Below, piece by piece: positions 1-9,775 of a stretch of 64,000 nucleotides of DNA. The position numbers and the translations under genes are program-made. The notes beneath the pieces are model-generated. The model was given only the letters and a program-made list of their open reading frames with translations, was not told the DNA's origin and searched no databases. Numbering within the stretch: the stretch's first letter is position 1; every line of letters starts with the position of its first letter. Source of the DNA: an uncultured delta proteobacterium (GTDB taxonomy: Bacteria > Desulfobacterota > Desulfuromonadia > Geobacterales > Pseudopelobacteraceae); assembly GCA_963772835.1 (NCBI GenBank), contig CAVYYZ010000011.1, positions 384,001-448,000 on the forward strand, in the 5' to 3' direction.

Positions 1-1137
1 CTCAACTGGGGTGATTCCAAAACTCTGGATCAGTTTCTGTGGCATTTTCTACGCAAAGGCTACCCCGGCGAAGGTCATCCGCGGGATCTGGCTCTGTTGT
101 GGGCGCAAATCAAAGCATTTAATGTACCCCTCGAATTTTCCTGGATAGGTGCAGCTCTGGTAGTTATCTCGTTATTCTGCCTGTGGAAACGGCAACGGGA
201 TATTGTTATTGCGTATCTGGCAGGAGTTGCAGTCTTTCTTGTCGTTATTGCAGGCTACTTTGATGCATTACCCGATTTGATCTTTCTTACTGAGGAGTTT
301 TTTACACCGTTGTATCTTCTGTCTGCTGTTCTGGTGGGAACCGGACTCTTCAATGTCCTTGCGTATGCAGTTCGGAATGCCCATACCCGGGAACGATATA
401 ATACTAAAGTGTATGTTCTGGTTTTGATCATGATGTTTTCATTGCCGGTTTCACTCTGTGCCGTCAACTATTATGAAAACGATCAGCACGATAATTATAT
501 CGCTTTTGATTATGCTTCAAATTCACTGCGGTCTTTGCCGCAGAATGCAATCATGTTCACGTGGGGAGACAGCGGTGCGTTTCCGCTGTGGTACCTTCAA
601 GGTGTTGAACGGATGCGGGAGGATCTTGACCTGCCCCATACTCCACACCTCGTCTTTGACTGGTATCTCAATACGATGCCGCGCATGTTTAAAGACAGTA
701 ACTTGAGAAAATTCGATATGACCTCTTTAGGTCCTGAAGCGGCTTTACGAATTGCGATAACTGAAAACCTGGGATCCAGGCCGGTTTTTATCGATTTTTC
801 AACACGATATTCAGTTGAGTTTAAAGATTACCAACCGGTTCAGCGGGGGATTGTATACCAGATACGGAAAAACAATGAGCCGTTAGGGATGCCCGATATA
901 TCGTTGTGGGATAATTATAACAATCGCGGTATTTTGGAAAAACAGTCTTTTCTCGATCTGGATACTGGAAAGGCGATCATGATTTATGCTAACAGCTACT
1001 TAGAAGTTGCCGAATTTCTTGCGGGAATTAACATGTCTCAGGAGGCTGTCGTTATGTTACGAAAGGCTGAGCAGATTTCTTCCGATATGCGGGTTTCTGC
1101 CGATCAGATACGGATGCGTTATGCTTTGGGCCGCTGA
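1..1137 (+). CDS. DUF2723/TMEM260-like multi-pass membrane protein, putative glycosyltransferase (5' end outside window)
   Basis: Frame 1 is open from base 1 (LNWGDSKTLDQFLWHFLRKGY). TM helices are followed by FTWGDSGAFPLWYLQGVE.R.D, a motif typical of DUF2723 proteins, and a short helical C-terminus. Confidence 0.7.
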   Translation, partial: LNWGDSKTLDQFLWHFLRKGYPGEGHPRDLALLWAQIKAFNVPLEFSWIGAALVVISLFCLWKRQRDIVIAYLAGVAVFLVVIAGYFDALPDLIFLTEEFFTPLYLLSAVLVGTGLFNVLAYAVRNAHTRERYNTKVYVLVLIMMFSLPVSLCAVNYYENDQHDNYIAFDYASNSLRSLPQNAIMFTWGDSGAFPLWYLQGVERMREDLDLPHTPHLVFDWYLNTMPRMFKDSNLRKFDMTSLGPEAALRIAITENLGSRPVFIDFSTRYSVEFKDYQPVQRGIVYQIRKNNEPLGMPDISLWDNYNNRGILEKQSFLDLDTGKAIMIYANSYLEVAEFLAGINMSQEAVVMLRKAEQISSDMRVSADQIRMRYALGR

Positions 1138-1141
1138 ACAG

Positions 1142-1993
1142 ATGCCCGTCGTGCACGGGAAAACCCGGGTTGTCTGCATCATCGGAAATCCTATCCGGCA
1201 TTCGCTTTCGCCGTTTATGCAGAATGCCGCTTTTTCGGCCAGTCATCTTGATTATGTCTATATTCCTTTTGCCGTCAATCCTGAAAATCTGGAGCAGGCG
1301 GTGACCGGACTGAAGGCGCTCGGGGTATGTGGCTTTAATGTTACCATTCCTCACAAAACAAACATAATTCCGTTTCTGGATCGTCTGGATGAAAGTGCCG
1401 AAGCTGCCGGGGCCGTCAATACTGTAAAGTTATGTGGTCACTCCCTGATCGGCTACAATACAGACGGTGAAGGATTGGTGGATTCTCTTGCCTCTGATGT
1501 GGGTTTTTCACCCGGCACTGAGCATATTCTGGTCATTGGAGCGGGTGGAGCTGCACGCGGGGCGATAGCAGCATTGTGCCGTTCCGGCGCCAAAAGCATA
1601 TGTATCTGTAATCGTTCGCTTGAGCGTGCGCGCGTCTTAATGCGTGATATGAACATCCGTTATCCCGATACAAACATCGACGTGATCAGCCTTAATCAGG
1701 TGAGTGCTGAACACCTGCACTCGACCTTTCTACTGCTTAATACCACATCACTTGGTATGAACGGAGAACGGATTGAAAACATTAATACTGCCTGTTTACC
1801 GGAACATGCCAAAGTATATGACATGGTATATTCCCATTCCGGTACACCGCTTGTGAAGGAGGCTTCTGCTGCCGGTTTGCATGCAGTTAACGGGTTGGGA
1901 ATGCTCGTCGCTCAGGGTGAACGCGCCTTTGAAATATGGACCGGTCTGAAACCGCCTGAAGGTGTTATGCGTCGGGCTTTAGTCAGTATTTGA
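1142..1993 (+). CDS. aroE: shikimate dehydrogenase
   Basis: IGNPIRHSLSP, GFNVTIPHK, GAVNT, GYNTDG, GAGGAAR, DMVY, GLGMLVAQG. Start placed at ATG 1142, just after the upstream stop. Confidence 0.95.
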   Translation: MPVVHGKTRVVCIIGNPIRHSLSPFMQNAAFSASHLDYVYIPFAVNPENLEQAVTGLKALGVCGFNVTIPHKTNIIPFLDRLDESAEAAGAVNTVKLCGHSLIGYNTDGEGLVDSLASDVGFSPGTEHILVIGAGGAARGAIAALCRSGAKSICICNRSLERARVLMRDMNIRYPDTNIDVISLNQVSAEHLHSTFLLLNTTSLGMNGERIENINTACLPEHAKVYDMVYSHSGTPLVKEASAAGLHAVNGLGMLVAQGERAFEIWTGLKPPEGVMRRALVSI

Positions 1994-2009
1994 TGGTCTT
2001 AACTACAGC

Positions 2010-2038
2010 TTGACAATAAGCGGCATTCTCCCTACTAT
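2010..2038 (+). promoter_or_regulatory. sigma70-type promoter for pilB operon
   Basis: TTGACA (2010-2015), 17 nt, TACTAT (2033-2038). Confidence 0.7.
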
Positions 2039-2067
2039 GGCGGTTTAGAAACGTAAACGGAGCAATC

Positions 2068-3774
2068 ATGCAGTCAAACAGACTGGGAGAAATCCTGGTA
2101 AAAAACAATCTGATTAATCGTGACCAGCTCGGTAAGGCATTAGAAGAACAAAAGCTTTCCGGCAATCAGATTCGTCTTGGCTCGATACTAATCAGTCAGA
2201 AGCTGATTACGGAAGAACAACTCACTTCATTTTTATCCAAGCAGTATGGTGTGCCGAGTGTCAATCTTACCGACTATGAAATAGATCCCGCCGTCATAAA
2301 AATAATCCCACCGGAAGTTGTCCAAAAATATCAGCTGCTGCCGGTTAACAGAGCTGGTGCAACCCTGATTATTGCGGTCAGTGATCCATCAAACCTGTTT
2401 GCAATTGAAGACATTAAGTTTATGACCGGCTACAACATTGAGATGGTTGTAGCGTCGGAACATGATATTAAATCTTCAATAGACAAGTATTATGATCAGT
2501 CAGCATCGCTTGCCGACGTGATGAGCGACCTCGATGTCGAGGATATGGAAATTATCGGCGATGAAGAGCAGGTTGATCTTAGCTCTCTTGAAAGGGCAAC
2601 AGAGGACGCTCCGGTTGTCAAGATGGTCAACGCTATTTTGCAGGATGCAATCCGTAAAAAAGCCAGCGATATACATGTAGAGCCGTACGAAAAACTTTTC
2701 AGAGTTCGCTATCGGATTGATGGTGTTTTATACGAAGTAATGAAACCCCCGCTTAAGTTGAAGAACGCGATTACTTCCCGCATCAAGATCATGGCGGAAC
2801 TTGATATCGCCGAGCGGCGGCTCCCACAGGACGGACGTATAAAAATTAAACTCGGCGGAGGCAAGGACATGGACTTTCGTGTCTCATGTCTTCCGACCCT
2901 TTTTGGCGAGAAGATTGTACTGCGTCTTCTTGACAAGGGCAACCTGCAAACGGATTTGACCAAACTGGGATATGAGCCCGAAGCGTTAGCGCATTTTATG
3001 CATGAAATACATAAGCCTTTCGGTATGGTGCTTGTAACCGGCCCGACCGGTAGCGGCAAAACTGTTTCCCTCTATTCAGCTATTGCCGAACTCAACAAGG
3101 TATCGGAAAATATTTCAACTGCCGAAGATCCGGTCGAATTCAATTTTGCCGGGATAAACCAGGTTCAGATGCACGAAGATATCGGCCTTAACTTTTCTGC
3201 AGCTTTGCGCTCTTTTCTGCGTCAGGACCCCGATATAATCATGATCGGAGAAATACGCGATTTTGAAACTGCTGAAATAGCCATTAAAGCTGCTTTAACG
3301 GGCCATATGGTTCTTTCTACACTGCACACTAATGACGCTCCGGCAACCATCAACCGCCTGCTAAACATGGGTATAGAACCGTTTCTGGTCGCTTCGGCAG
3401 TTAATCTTATAACTGCTCAGCGTTTGGCCCGTCGGGTCTGCGGTGAATGCAAACAACCTGAGGAAATCCCAGTGCAGGCGTTAATTGACGCCGGAGTATC
3501 GCCGGATGAAGCGTCGTCATTTGTCTGCATGCGCGGCAAAGGGTGCCCGACCTGCAACAACACCGGGTACAAGGGACGTGTCGGTTTTTACCAGGTCATG
3601 CCGATGCGCGAAGAAATCAAGGAACTGATTTTAAATGGTGCCAACACAGCAGAAATTAAAAGGGAATCCATGAGAATCGGCATCAAAACCATGCGTCAGT
3701 CCGGCTTGACAAAACTTAAGGAAGGGGTAACCTCCTTCGAAGAAGTGTTGAGAATAACCGTTGCTGACGACTAA
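2068..3774 (+). CDS. pilB: type IV pilus assembly ATPase PilB
   Basis: N-terminal RLGEIL/RLGSIL (MshEN-like), ASDIHVEP, RLPQDGR, Walker A GPTGSGKT, LRQDPD, STLHTN, CxxC...CxxC zinc site. Confidence 0.96.
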   Translation: MQSNRLGEILVKNNLINRDQLGKALEEQKLSGNQIRLGSILISQKLITEEQLTSFLSKQYGVPSVNLTDYEIDPAVIKIIPPEVVQKYQLLPVNRAGATLIIAVSDPSNLFAIEDIKFMTGYNIEMVVASEHDIKSSIDKYYDQSASLADVMSDLDVEDMEIIGDEEQVDLSSLERATEDAPVVKMVNAILQDAIRKKASDIHVEPYEKLFRVRYRIDGVLYEVMKPPLKLKNAITSRIKIMAELDIAERRLPQDGRIKIKLGGGKDMDFRVSCLPTLFGEKIVLRLLDKGNLQTDLTKLGYEPEALAHFMHEIHKPFGMVLVTGPTGSGKTVSLYSAIAELNKVSENISTAEDPVEFNFAGINQVQMHEDIGLNFSAALRSFLRQDPDIIMIGEIRDFETAEIAIKAALTGHMVLSTLHTNDAPATINRLLNMGIEPFLVASAVNLITAQRLARRVCGECKQPEEIPVQALIDAGVSPDEASSFVCMRGKGCPTCNNTGYKGRVGFYQVMPMREEIKELILNGANTAEIKRESMRIGIKTMRQSGLTKLKEGVTSFEEVLRITVADD

Positions 3775-3789
3775 TCAGGAGGACTTGCG

Positions 3790-4887
3790 ATGCTCAACCT
3801 TCATCAGCTGCTAAAAATCCTCGTAGAATCAAACGGGTCCGACCTTCATATTACCACTAACTCTCCTCCTCAGATGCGAGTAGACGGTCATCTGATGCCC
3901 ATGGATTTTCCCCCCATGAATCAGGTCGAAACCAAACAGCTTTGTTACAGTGTGCTGACTGATGCACAAAAGCATAAGTTTGAGGAAGAAAATGAACTGG
4001 ATCTTTCGTTCGGGGTTAAGGGCCTTTCACGATTCAGGGGAAATATGTTTATACAGCGGGGTGCTGTGGCCGGTGTATTCAGGGTTATTCCGTATAAAAT
4101 CATGACGTTTGAAGAGTTGAATTTACCACCGATTATTCCTGAACTTGCTGCCCGCCCCCGCGGTCTTATTCTGGTAACCGGCCCCACCGGAAGCGGCAAG
4201 TCGACCACTCTTGCTTCAATCGTTGATTACATCAACATCAATAGGCGTGAGCATATTGTCACTATCGAAGATCCGATAGAATATCTCCACCCGCACAAAG
4301 GCTGTCTTGTAAATCAACGGGAAGTCGGTGCTGATACCAAAGGCTTTAAAAATGCGCTGAAATACGTGCTGCGACAGGATCCTGATGTCGTCCTGGTTGG
4401 TGAATTACGAGATCTTGAAACCATTGAAGCCGCACTTACCCTGGCTGAAACAGGACATCTCTGTCTGGCCACACTTCATACCAATTCATGCGCACAAACA
4501 ATAAACCGTATCGTGGATGTATTTCCTCCCTATCAGCAGACACAGATCAGGGCGCAGCTTTCATTTGTGCTTGAAGGGGTGATATCGCAAATACTGATTC
4601 CCAAAATGGGGTCCAAAGGGCGTGTTCTGGCCCTTGAAATAATGGTTCCGAATGCTGCCATCAGAAATCTGATACGCGAGGATAAGGTCCATCAGATTTA
4701 TTCCCAGATGCAGATCGGGCAGGATAAATTCGGCATGCAGACCATGAATCAATCACTTTTATCTTCTTTTCAGAAGCGGATCATTTCGCTTGAGGAAGCG
4801 CTCGGACGCTCACAGGATCCGGAAGAACTGAAAAAAATGATCAGCAACCCTGCGGCAAATATGCAGCGCAGCCCCCAGATGCATTGA
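3790..4887 (+). CDS. pilT: type IV pilus retraction ATPase PilT
   Basis: GSDLHI, GPTGSGKST, TIEDPIE, LRQDPD, AETGHL, AIRNLIRE, GMQTM. Confidence 0.96.
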   Translation: MLNLHQLLKILVESNGSDLHITTNSPPQMRVDGHLMPMDFPPMNQVETKQLCYSVLTDAQKHKFEEENELDLSFGVKGLSRFRGNMFIQRGAVAGVFRVIPYKIMTFEELNLPPIIPELAARPRGLILVTGPTGSGKSTTLASIVDYININRREHIVTIEDPIEYLHPHKGCLVNQREVGADTKGFKNALKYVLRQDPDVVLVGELRDLETIEAALTLAETGHLCLATLHTNSCAQTINRIVDVFPPYQQTQIRAQLSFVLEGVISQILIPKMGSKGRVLALEIMVPNAAIRNLIREDKVHQIYSQMQIGQDKFGMQTMNQSLLSSFQKRIISLEEALGRSQDPEELKKMISNPAANMQRSPQMH

Positions 4888-4907
4888 ATTAATGAAGGAG
4901 AACCGTA

Positions 4908-6125
4908 ATGCCTAAATTTAACTGGGAAGCCCGTACAAGAACCGGCGGCACGCAAAAAGGTGTCATCGAGGCGGCAACTGTTGATGTTGTGGAAGCGCAG
5001 CTGAAAAAATATGGTTTCAGCAATATAGTTATAAAATCGGAATCCAAGGGTCTGAACTTCAAGTTACCTTCATTCGGAGGCAGTGGAAAGGTCGACGAAA
5101 AAGATCTTGTAATATTTACACGTCAGTTTTCTACCATGATTGACTCTGGATTACCTCTCGTTCAATGTCTTGAAATCCTGGCAAGTCAGCAGGACAACAA
5201 GGCTTTTCAGGAAATTCTGTACAAAGTCAAGGAAAGCGTTGAGAGCGGATCTACATTTGCTGACGCCCTGGGGAAGCATCCAAAGGCCTTTGATCAGCTG
5301 TTTGTGAACCTTGTGGCCGCCGGGGAAATCGGCGGTATTCTGGACACCATCCTGACGCGTCTGGCTGCATATATTGAAAAATCAATGAAATTAAAAAAGC
5401 AGATCAAAGGGGCCATGGTTTACCCGATTACAATCATGTCCATCGCAGTCGTTGTTGTAGGCGTAATTCTCATTTTTGTCATTCCTACCTTCGCAAAAAT
5501 GTTTATAGAATTTGGCGGAGAATTACCCGCCCCGACAAAATTTGTCATCGCTCTCAGTAATTTTCTGGTTAAATATTTTCTCCTTCTCATCGGTGGTTTC
5601 TATGCAATTATCTGGGCCGTAAAAAAATATTATGCCACACCGATCGGGCAGAAAAATATTGACCGTTTTGCACTAAAGGCACCAATTGCCGGCCCGCTGA
5701 TCAGGAAGGTTGCAGTTGCAAAATTTACCAGAACGCTGGGAACAATGGTAAGTTCGGGTGTGCCGATTATGGATGGTCTTGAAATAGTGGCTAAAACAGC
5801 CGGCAATAAAATTGTTGAAGAGGCGATCTACGCTGTCCGTCAGGCGATCTCTGAAGGTAAAACCATGTCGGAACCGTTGGCGGCATGCGGTGTTTTCCCA
5901 CCGATGGTAGTTCAGATGATTGCTGTTGGTGAAGCGACCGGGGCAATGGATACTATGTTGAATAAAATTGCCGATTTTTATGACGACGAGGTTGATGATG
6001 CCGTAGGCGCAATGACGGCAATGATGGAACCTTTGCTGATGGTGTTTCTGGGGACAACCGTTGGAGGTTTGGTTGTCGCAATGTATCTGCCTATTTTCAA
6101 ACTGGCGGGTGCCGTTGGCGGTTAA
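4908..6125 (+). CDS. pilC: type IV pilus inner-membrane platform protein PilC
   Basis: T2SS-F family repeats: FTRQFSTMIDSGLPL, AGEIGGILD, AMVYP, GEATGAMD, EP...AMYLPIF. Confidence 0.96.
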   Translation: MPKFNWEARTRTGGTQKGVIEAATVDVVEAQLKKYGFSNIVIKSESKGLNFKLPSFGGSGKVDEKDLVIFTRQFSTMIDSGLPLVQCLEILASQQDNKAFQEILYKVKESVESGSTFADALGKHPKAFDQLFVNLVAAGEIGGILDTILTRLAAYIEKSMKLKKQIKGAMVYPITIMSIAVVVVGVILIFVIPTFAKMFIEFGGELPAPTKFVIALSNFLVKYFLLLIGGFYAIIWAVKKYYATPIGQKNIDRFALKAPIAGPLIRKVAVAKFTRTLGTMVSSGVPIMDGLEIVAKTAGNKIVEEAIYAVRQAISEGKTMSEPLAACGVFPPMVVQMIAVGEATGAMDTMLNKIADFYDDEVDDAVGAMTAMMEPLLMVFLGTTVGGLVVAMYLPIFKLAGAVGG

Positions 6126-6126
6126 T

Positions 6127-7740
6127 ATGGGTTCTGAACGAAGGCTCAGGCTCTTTATCTACGCCAGAATTATATTTTCTTTTCTTTTTCTGGTCGTAAC
6201 ACTGCTTCTTGAATATCAGGATTTATCTCCTGAAATCGAACGCTTTCAGCCCGGTGTCATCTGGTTGATGGCGTTTTCTTTTGTATTCTCAGTAGTTTCG
6301 CTGCTTGCGCTTCAAAAACTGAAGTTTACTCAGTTCCTTACCAATCTCCAGGTTATCTGGGATTTTTCCTTTGTCACAGTCCTCATACTGCTAACCGGAG
6401 GAGTCCTCAGCCCGTACTCACTGTTATATCTTCTGTCGATCATGATTGCCGGCATGCTCCTCGGGCGCCGCCAGGCTCTTTATACCGCATCGTTATGCGG
6501 TATTCTGTACGGTGCGATTCTTGATTTTCAGTATTTCGGGTATCTTTCGTTTTTTGGTTTGAGCCAGGCAGATGCCCACCAGATCGGCTCATTACGGCTC
6601 TTTTACACGATATCATTAAACTTGATCGCGTTCGGGTTGACATCATTTATTACCGGGATATTAGCTGAGCGTGCTCGATTAAGCGAAGAGGCTCTGCAGC
6701 GCTCTTCGATCGATTATTTTGAGTTGAATCAGCTCAACGCCGCAATTGTTGCCCATAGTGAAAGCGGTCTTCTGACAACAACAATATCCGGTCGTATCCG
6801 GGTATGTAATCCGTATGCCGAAACAATTATCGGTCTCAGCCAATCCGATGCCTATGATCAACAGATTGACGTCATATTCCCTCATTTGTCAGGACTCACA
6901 AATCCACATGGAGGCACAGCTCAGAGAGAATTTGAATATCAGTCTCCAGACGGGACTGTCATGACACTGGGGTACCGCATATCACCATTTAACGACAGCA
7001 GGGGAAAGCTGTCCGGTTATATAGTAAACTTCAGGGATATTACTAAAATCCGTCAAATGGAAGCGGCACTGAAAAGAGCTGATCGACTTGCGGCGTTGGG
7101 CGAGCTCTCTGCCCGCATGGCACATGAGATCAGAAATCCGCTTGCTGCGCTGTGCGGGTCGGTTCAACTGCTGACCGGTGCTGCAGATATTACGAAAGCT
7201 GATGCAAGACTTCTGACAATTGTAACCCGCGAAGCCGAACGACTCGATGCGTTGATATCAGAATTTTTAATGTATGCACGTCCTGCCACGCCTCATCTTG
7301 AACGTGTTACATTGCATACATATATTGATGAGGAGATTCTTTTCCTCGCACATGACCCTCGTTTTGCAAACATAACATTACTAAATGTGGTGCCGAAGTC
7401 GGCAGAGGTTGAGATTGACCCGAGCCAGCTACATCAGGTCATCATCAATCTGATGCAAAATGCTGCAGAAGCTATGTCTGCAGGTGGAAATATTCTGATA
7501 GAATTCAGTACAGCCGCGTCAACTGTGTGCATCAGCATCACCGATAGCGGTACAGGGATTGCGGAAGAGGATACCAAGCATCTGTTCGAACCGTTCTGGA
7601 CGACAAAGCCTGCCGGGACCGGACTTGGTTTAGCAATCAGCTATCGCATTATTGAAGCACACGGCGGGAATCTATCCGTTGAATCTCCTCATGATGGAGG
7701 ATGCAGGTTCGTTATCACTCTGCCGGCACTGCAGTCATAA
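6127..7740 (+). CDS. pilS: sensor histidine kinase PilS (membrane region, PAS, HisKA, HATPase)
   Basis: About 6 TM segments, PAS, RLAALGELSARMAHEIRNPL, FEPFWTTK..GTGLGL. Directly follows pilC. Start at ATG 6127. Confidence 0.85.
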   Translation: MGSERRLRLFIYARIIFSFLFLVVTLLLEYQDLSPEIERFQPGVIWLMAFSFVFSVVSLLALQKLKFTQFLTNLQVIWDFSFVTVLILLTGGVLSPYSLLYLLSIMIAGMLLGRRQALYTASLCGILYGAILDFQYFGYLSFFGLSQADAHQIGSLRLFYTISLNLIAFGLTSFITGILAERARLSEEALQRSSIDYFELNQLNAAIVAHSESGLLTTTISGRIRVCNPYAETIIGLSQSDAYDQQIDVIFPHLSGLTNPHGGTAQREFEYQSPDGTVMTLGYRISPFNDSRGKLSGYIVNFRDITKIRQMEAALKRADRLAALGELSARMAHEIRNPLAALCGSVQLLTGAADITKADARLLTIVTREAERLDALISEFLMYARPATPHLERVTLHTYIDEEILFLAHDPRFANITLLNVVPKSAEVEIDPSQLHQVIINLMQNAAEAMSAGGNILIEFSTAASTVCISITDSGTGIAEEDTKHLFEPFWTTKPAGTGLGLAISYRIIEAHGGNLSVESPHDGGCRFVITLPALQS

Positions 7741-7791
7741 AACTGTTTAATCGCGGAGATTCACGGATAAACAGCAGGTTACAGGATCTAT

Positions 7792-8958
7792 ATGACTATC
7801 CCGATCTCTTACAGTTTTCGCAACCTGACCACGCGCAAATTGACAACGGTTTTAACCGCTTCCGGAATGGCTCTGGTAGTATTCGTATTTGCATCGATCC
7901 TGATGCTTTCGGCCGGACTGGAAAAAACACTGATTGAAACCGGATCGGAAGACAATGTCATAATTACGCGCAAATCTGCCAACACCGAGATGCAAAGCGG
8001 CGTTGAGCGGATCCAGGCGTCAATTATTGAAAGTCTTCCGGAAATCGCTACCGGCAGTCACGGGGAGGCACTGCTTGCCAAGGAACTGGTGGTGTTGATC
8101 AGCCTTTCGAAAAGAGGGAGTGACAAACCGGCCAATGTTGTTATCCGTGGTATTCAGGCGGCTTCACTGCAACTGAGGCCACAGGTGGTACTACGTGACG
8201 GGAGGATGCCAAAGGCCGGATCATCTGAAATTATTGCGGGCAGCAGTATAGCTGCACGCTTCAAAGGCGGGGGGATAGGGGAAACGCTTCGCTTCGGTAT
8301 GCGTGACTGGACAGTGGTCGGAATTTTTGATGCCGGTGCGACCGGGTTCAGTTCTGAAATATGGGGTGATGTAGTCCAGTTAATGCAGGCGTTTCGTCGT
8401 CCCGCCTTCTCTTCTATAACATTTCGTTTGCGGGACAGTTCCGATTTTACAACTGTCAAGGCTGCACTTGACGCAGATCCGCGTCTGACAGTTGATGTGC
8501 GACGGGAAGTCACCTATTACCGCGATCAGTCAGAAGTAATGGCCAAATTTCTTCGCATTCTCGGCCTTTCACTGACAATTATCTTTTCTATCGGTGCGAT
8601 CATCGGAGCCATGATAACCATGTACGCTGCCGTGGCAAACAGGGTCGGGGAGATTGGTACACTTCGCGCGCTTGGTTTTCAGAGTTCAAGCGTGCTGTCG
8701 GCATTTCTGCTTGAAGCCGTTTTTCTGGGTTTGATCGGCGGCGTCACCGGCCTTATCTTCGCTTCTTTTATGCAATTGATAACCATTTCCACTATGAACT
8801 GGCAGACCTTTTCAGAGCTGGCATTCTCCTTTACACTGACACTTGAAATTGCCTTGAAATCACTTCTTTTCTCAGTTGCAATGGGGTTTATCGGTGGTGT
8901 CATACCGGCCATCAGGGCCAGCAGACTCAAGATTGTCGACGCGCTCAGGGAACATTAA
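7792..8958 (+). CDS. ABC transporter permease, FtsX/MacB-like
   Basis: N-terminal TM, periplasmic domain, R..EIGTLRALGF motif, C-terminal PAIRASRL.IVDALR. Confidence 0.88.
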   Translation: MTIPISYSFRNLTTRKLTTVLTASGMALVVFVFASILMLSAGLEKTLIETGSEDNVIITRKSANTEMQSGVERIQASIIESLPEIATGSHGEALLAKELVVLISLSKRGSDKPANVVIRGIQAASLQLRPQVVLRDGRMPKAGSSEIIAGSSIAARFKGGGIGETLRFGMRDWTVVGIFDAGATGFSSEIWGDVVQLMQAFRRPAFSSITFRLRDSSDFTTVKAALDADPRLTVDVRREVTYYRDQSEVMAKFLRILGLSLTIIFSIGAIIGAMITMYAAVANRVGEIGTLRALGFQSSSVLSAFLLEAVFLGLIGGVTGLIFASFMQLITISTMNWQTFSELAFSFTLTLEIALKSLLFSVAMGFIGGVIPAIRASRLKIVDALREH

Positions 8959-8986
8959 TACAATTTTCTGGAGGTCAGAATCAAGT

Positions 8987-9733
8987 ATGCTCCGTGAAAT
9001 GATGCTGAATAAAAAGCTTATGTTGATGGCACTTATTTCTGTTTCGGTTGTTCTCTACGGGTTTGATTATGTATTGCTCGGCAGCGCGAAAGAATTAACC
9101 ATCTGGTTTTTGGGTAATCTCGCATTTTTGCCTGTGTATATAATCATAGTTATATTGATGATTGAGCGGATATTGAAAGAGAGAGAACGTCAGGCTGTTA
9201 TGCGCAAACTGAATATGGTTATCGGGGTTTTTTTCAGTGAAGTTGGAAACCGCCTTCTCAAGGAGTTGTCGGTATATGTTGTCTCTTGTGAAGAGCTGAA
9301 AGGGCATTTACTGATTAACGGAACGTGGAAAGAGAATGATTTTTTCAATGCCTTAGAATATTTACATAAAAGCGATATAAAAATTGATTCAAGCCGCTGT
9401 GAAAAACGTACCCTGAAGGGTTTTCTGGTTGAAAAACGGGGTTTTCTGGTCAGTCTGCTTGAAAACCAGAACCTCCTGGAGCATGAAGAATTTACTGACC
9501 TGCTCTGGTCGGTTTTTCATCTGGTAGAGGAACTTGAAGCGAGAGATTCGTTCGTAAATATGCCGCAAAGTGATGTAGATCATATAAACGGAGATATCAA
9601 ACGGGTGTACGGGCATCTCTCTCACGAATGGGTCATGTATATGCAGCATTTAAAACATGACTACCCGTATCTCTTTTCACTGGCTGTCCGGCTTAACCCG
9701 ATGATCGAATCACCCGATCCCGCTGTGTACTAA
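8987..9733 (+). CDS. hypothetical membrane protein (2 N-terminal TM, soluble helical domain)
   Basis: GGAGG RBS at 8970-8974, ATG 8987, long ORF; KLNMVIGVFFSEVG and YPYLFSLA.R.NP look like conserved blocks. Confidence 0.75.
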   Translation: MLREMMLNKKLMLMALISVSVVLYGFDYVLLGSAKELTIWFLGNLAFLPVYIIIVILMIERILKERERQAVMRKLNMVIGVFFSEVGNRLLKELSVYVVSCEELKGHLLINGTWKENDFFNALEYLHKSDIKIDSSRCEKRTLKGFLVEKRGFLVSLLENQNLLEHEEFTDLLWSVFHLVEELEARDSFVNMPQSDVDHINGDIKRVYGHLSHEWVMYMQHLKHDYPYLFSLAVRLNPMIESPDPAVY

Positions 9734-9775
9734 GGACAATGACTACCTGTTTTAGTGGTGACAGGAAACCGATTA

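Noticed and set aside
1007..1141. Extended N-termini given by the ORF track (aroE here; likewise pilS, htpG, metF, rsmD, glnS and others)
   Set aside because: They overlap upstream genes or lack an RBS; downstream ATGs match family N-termini
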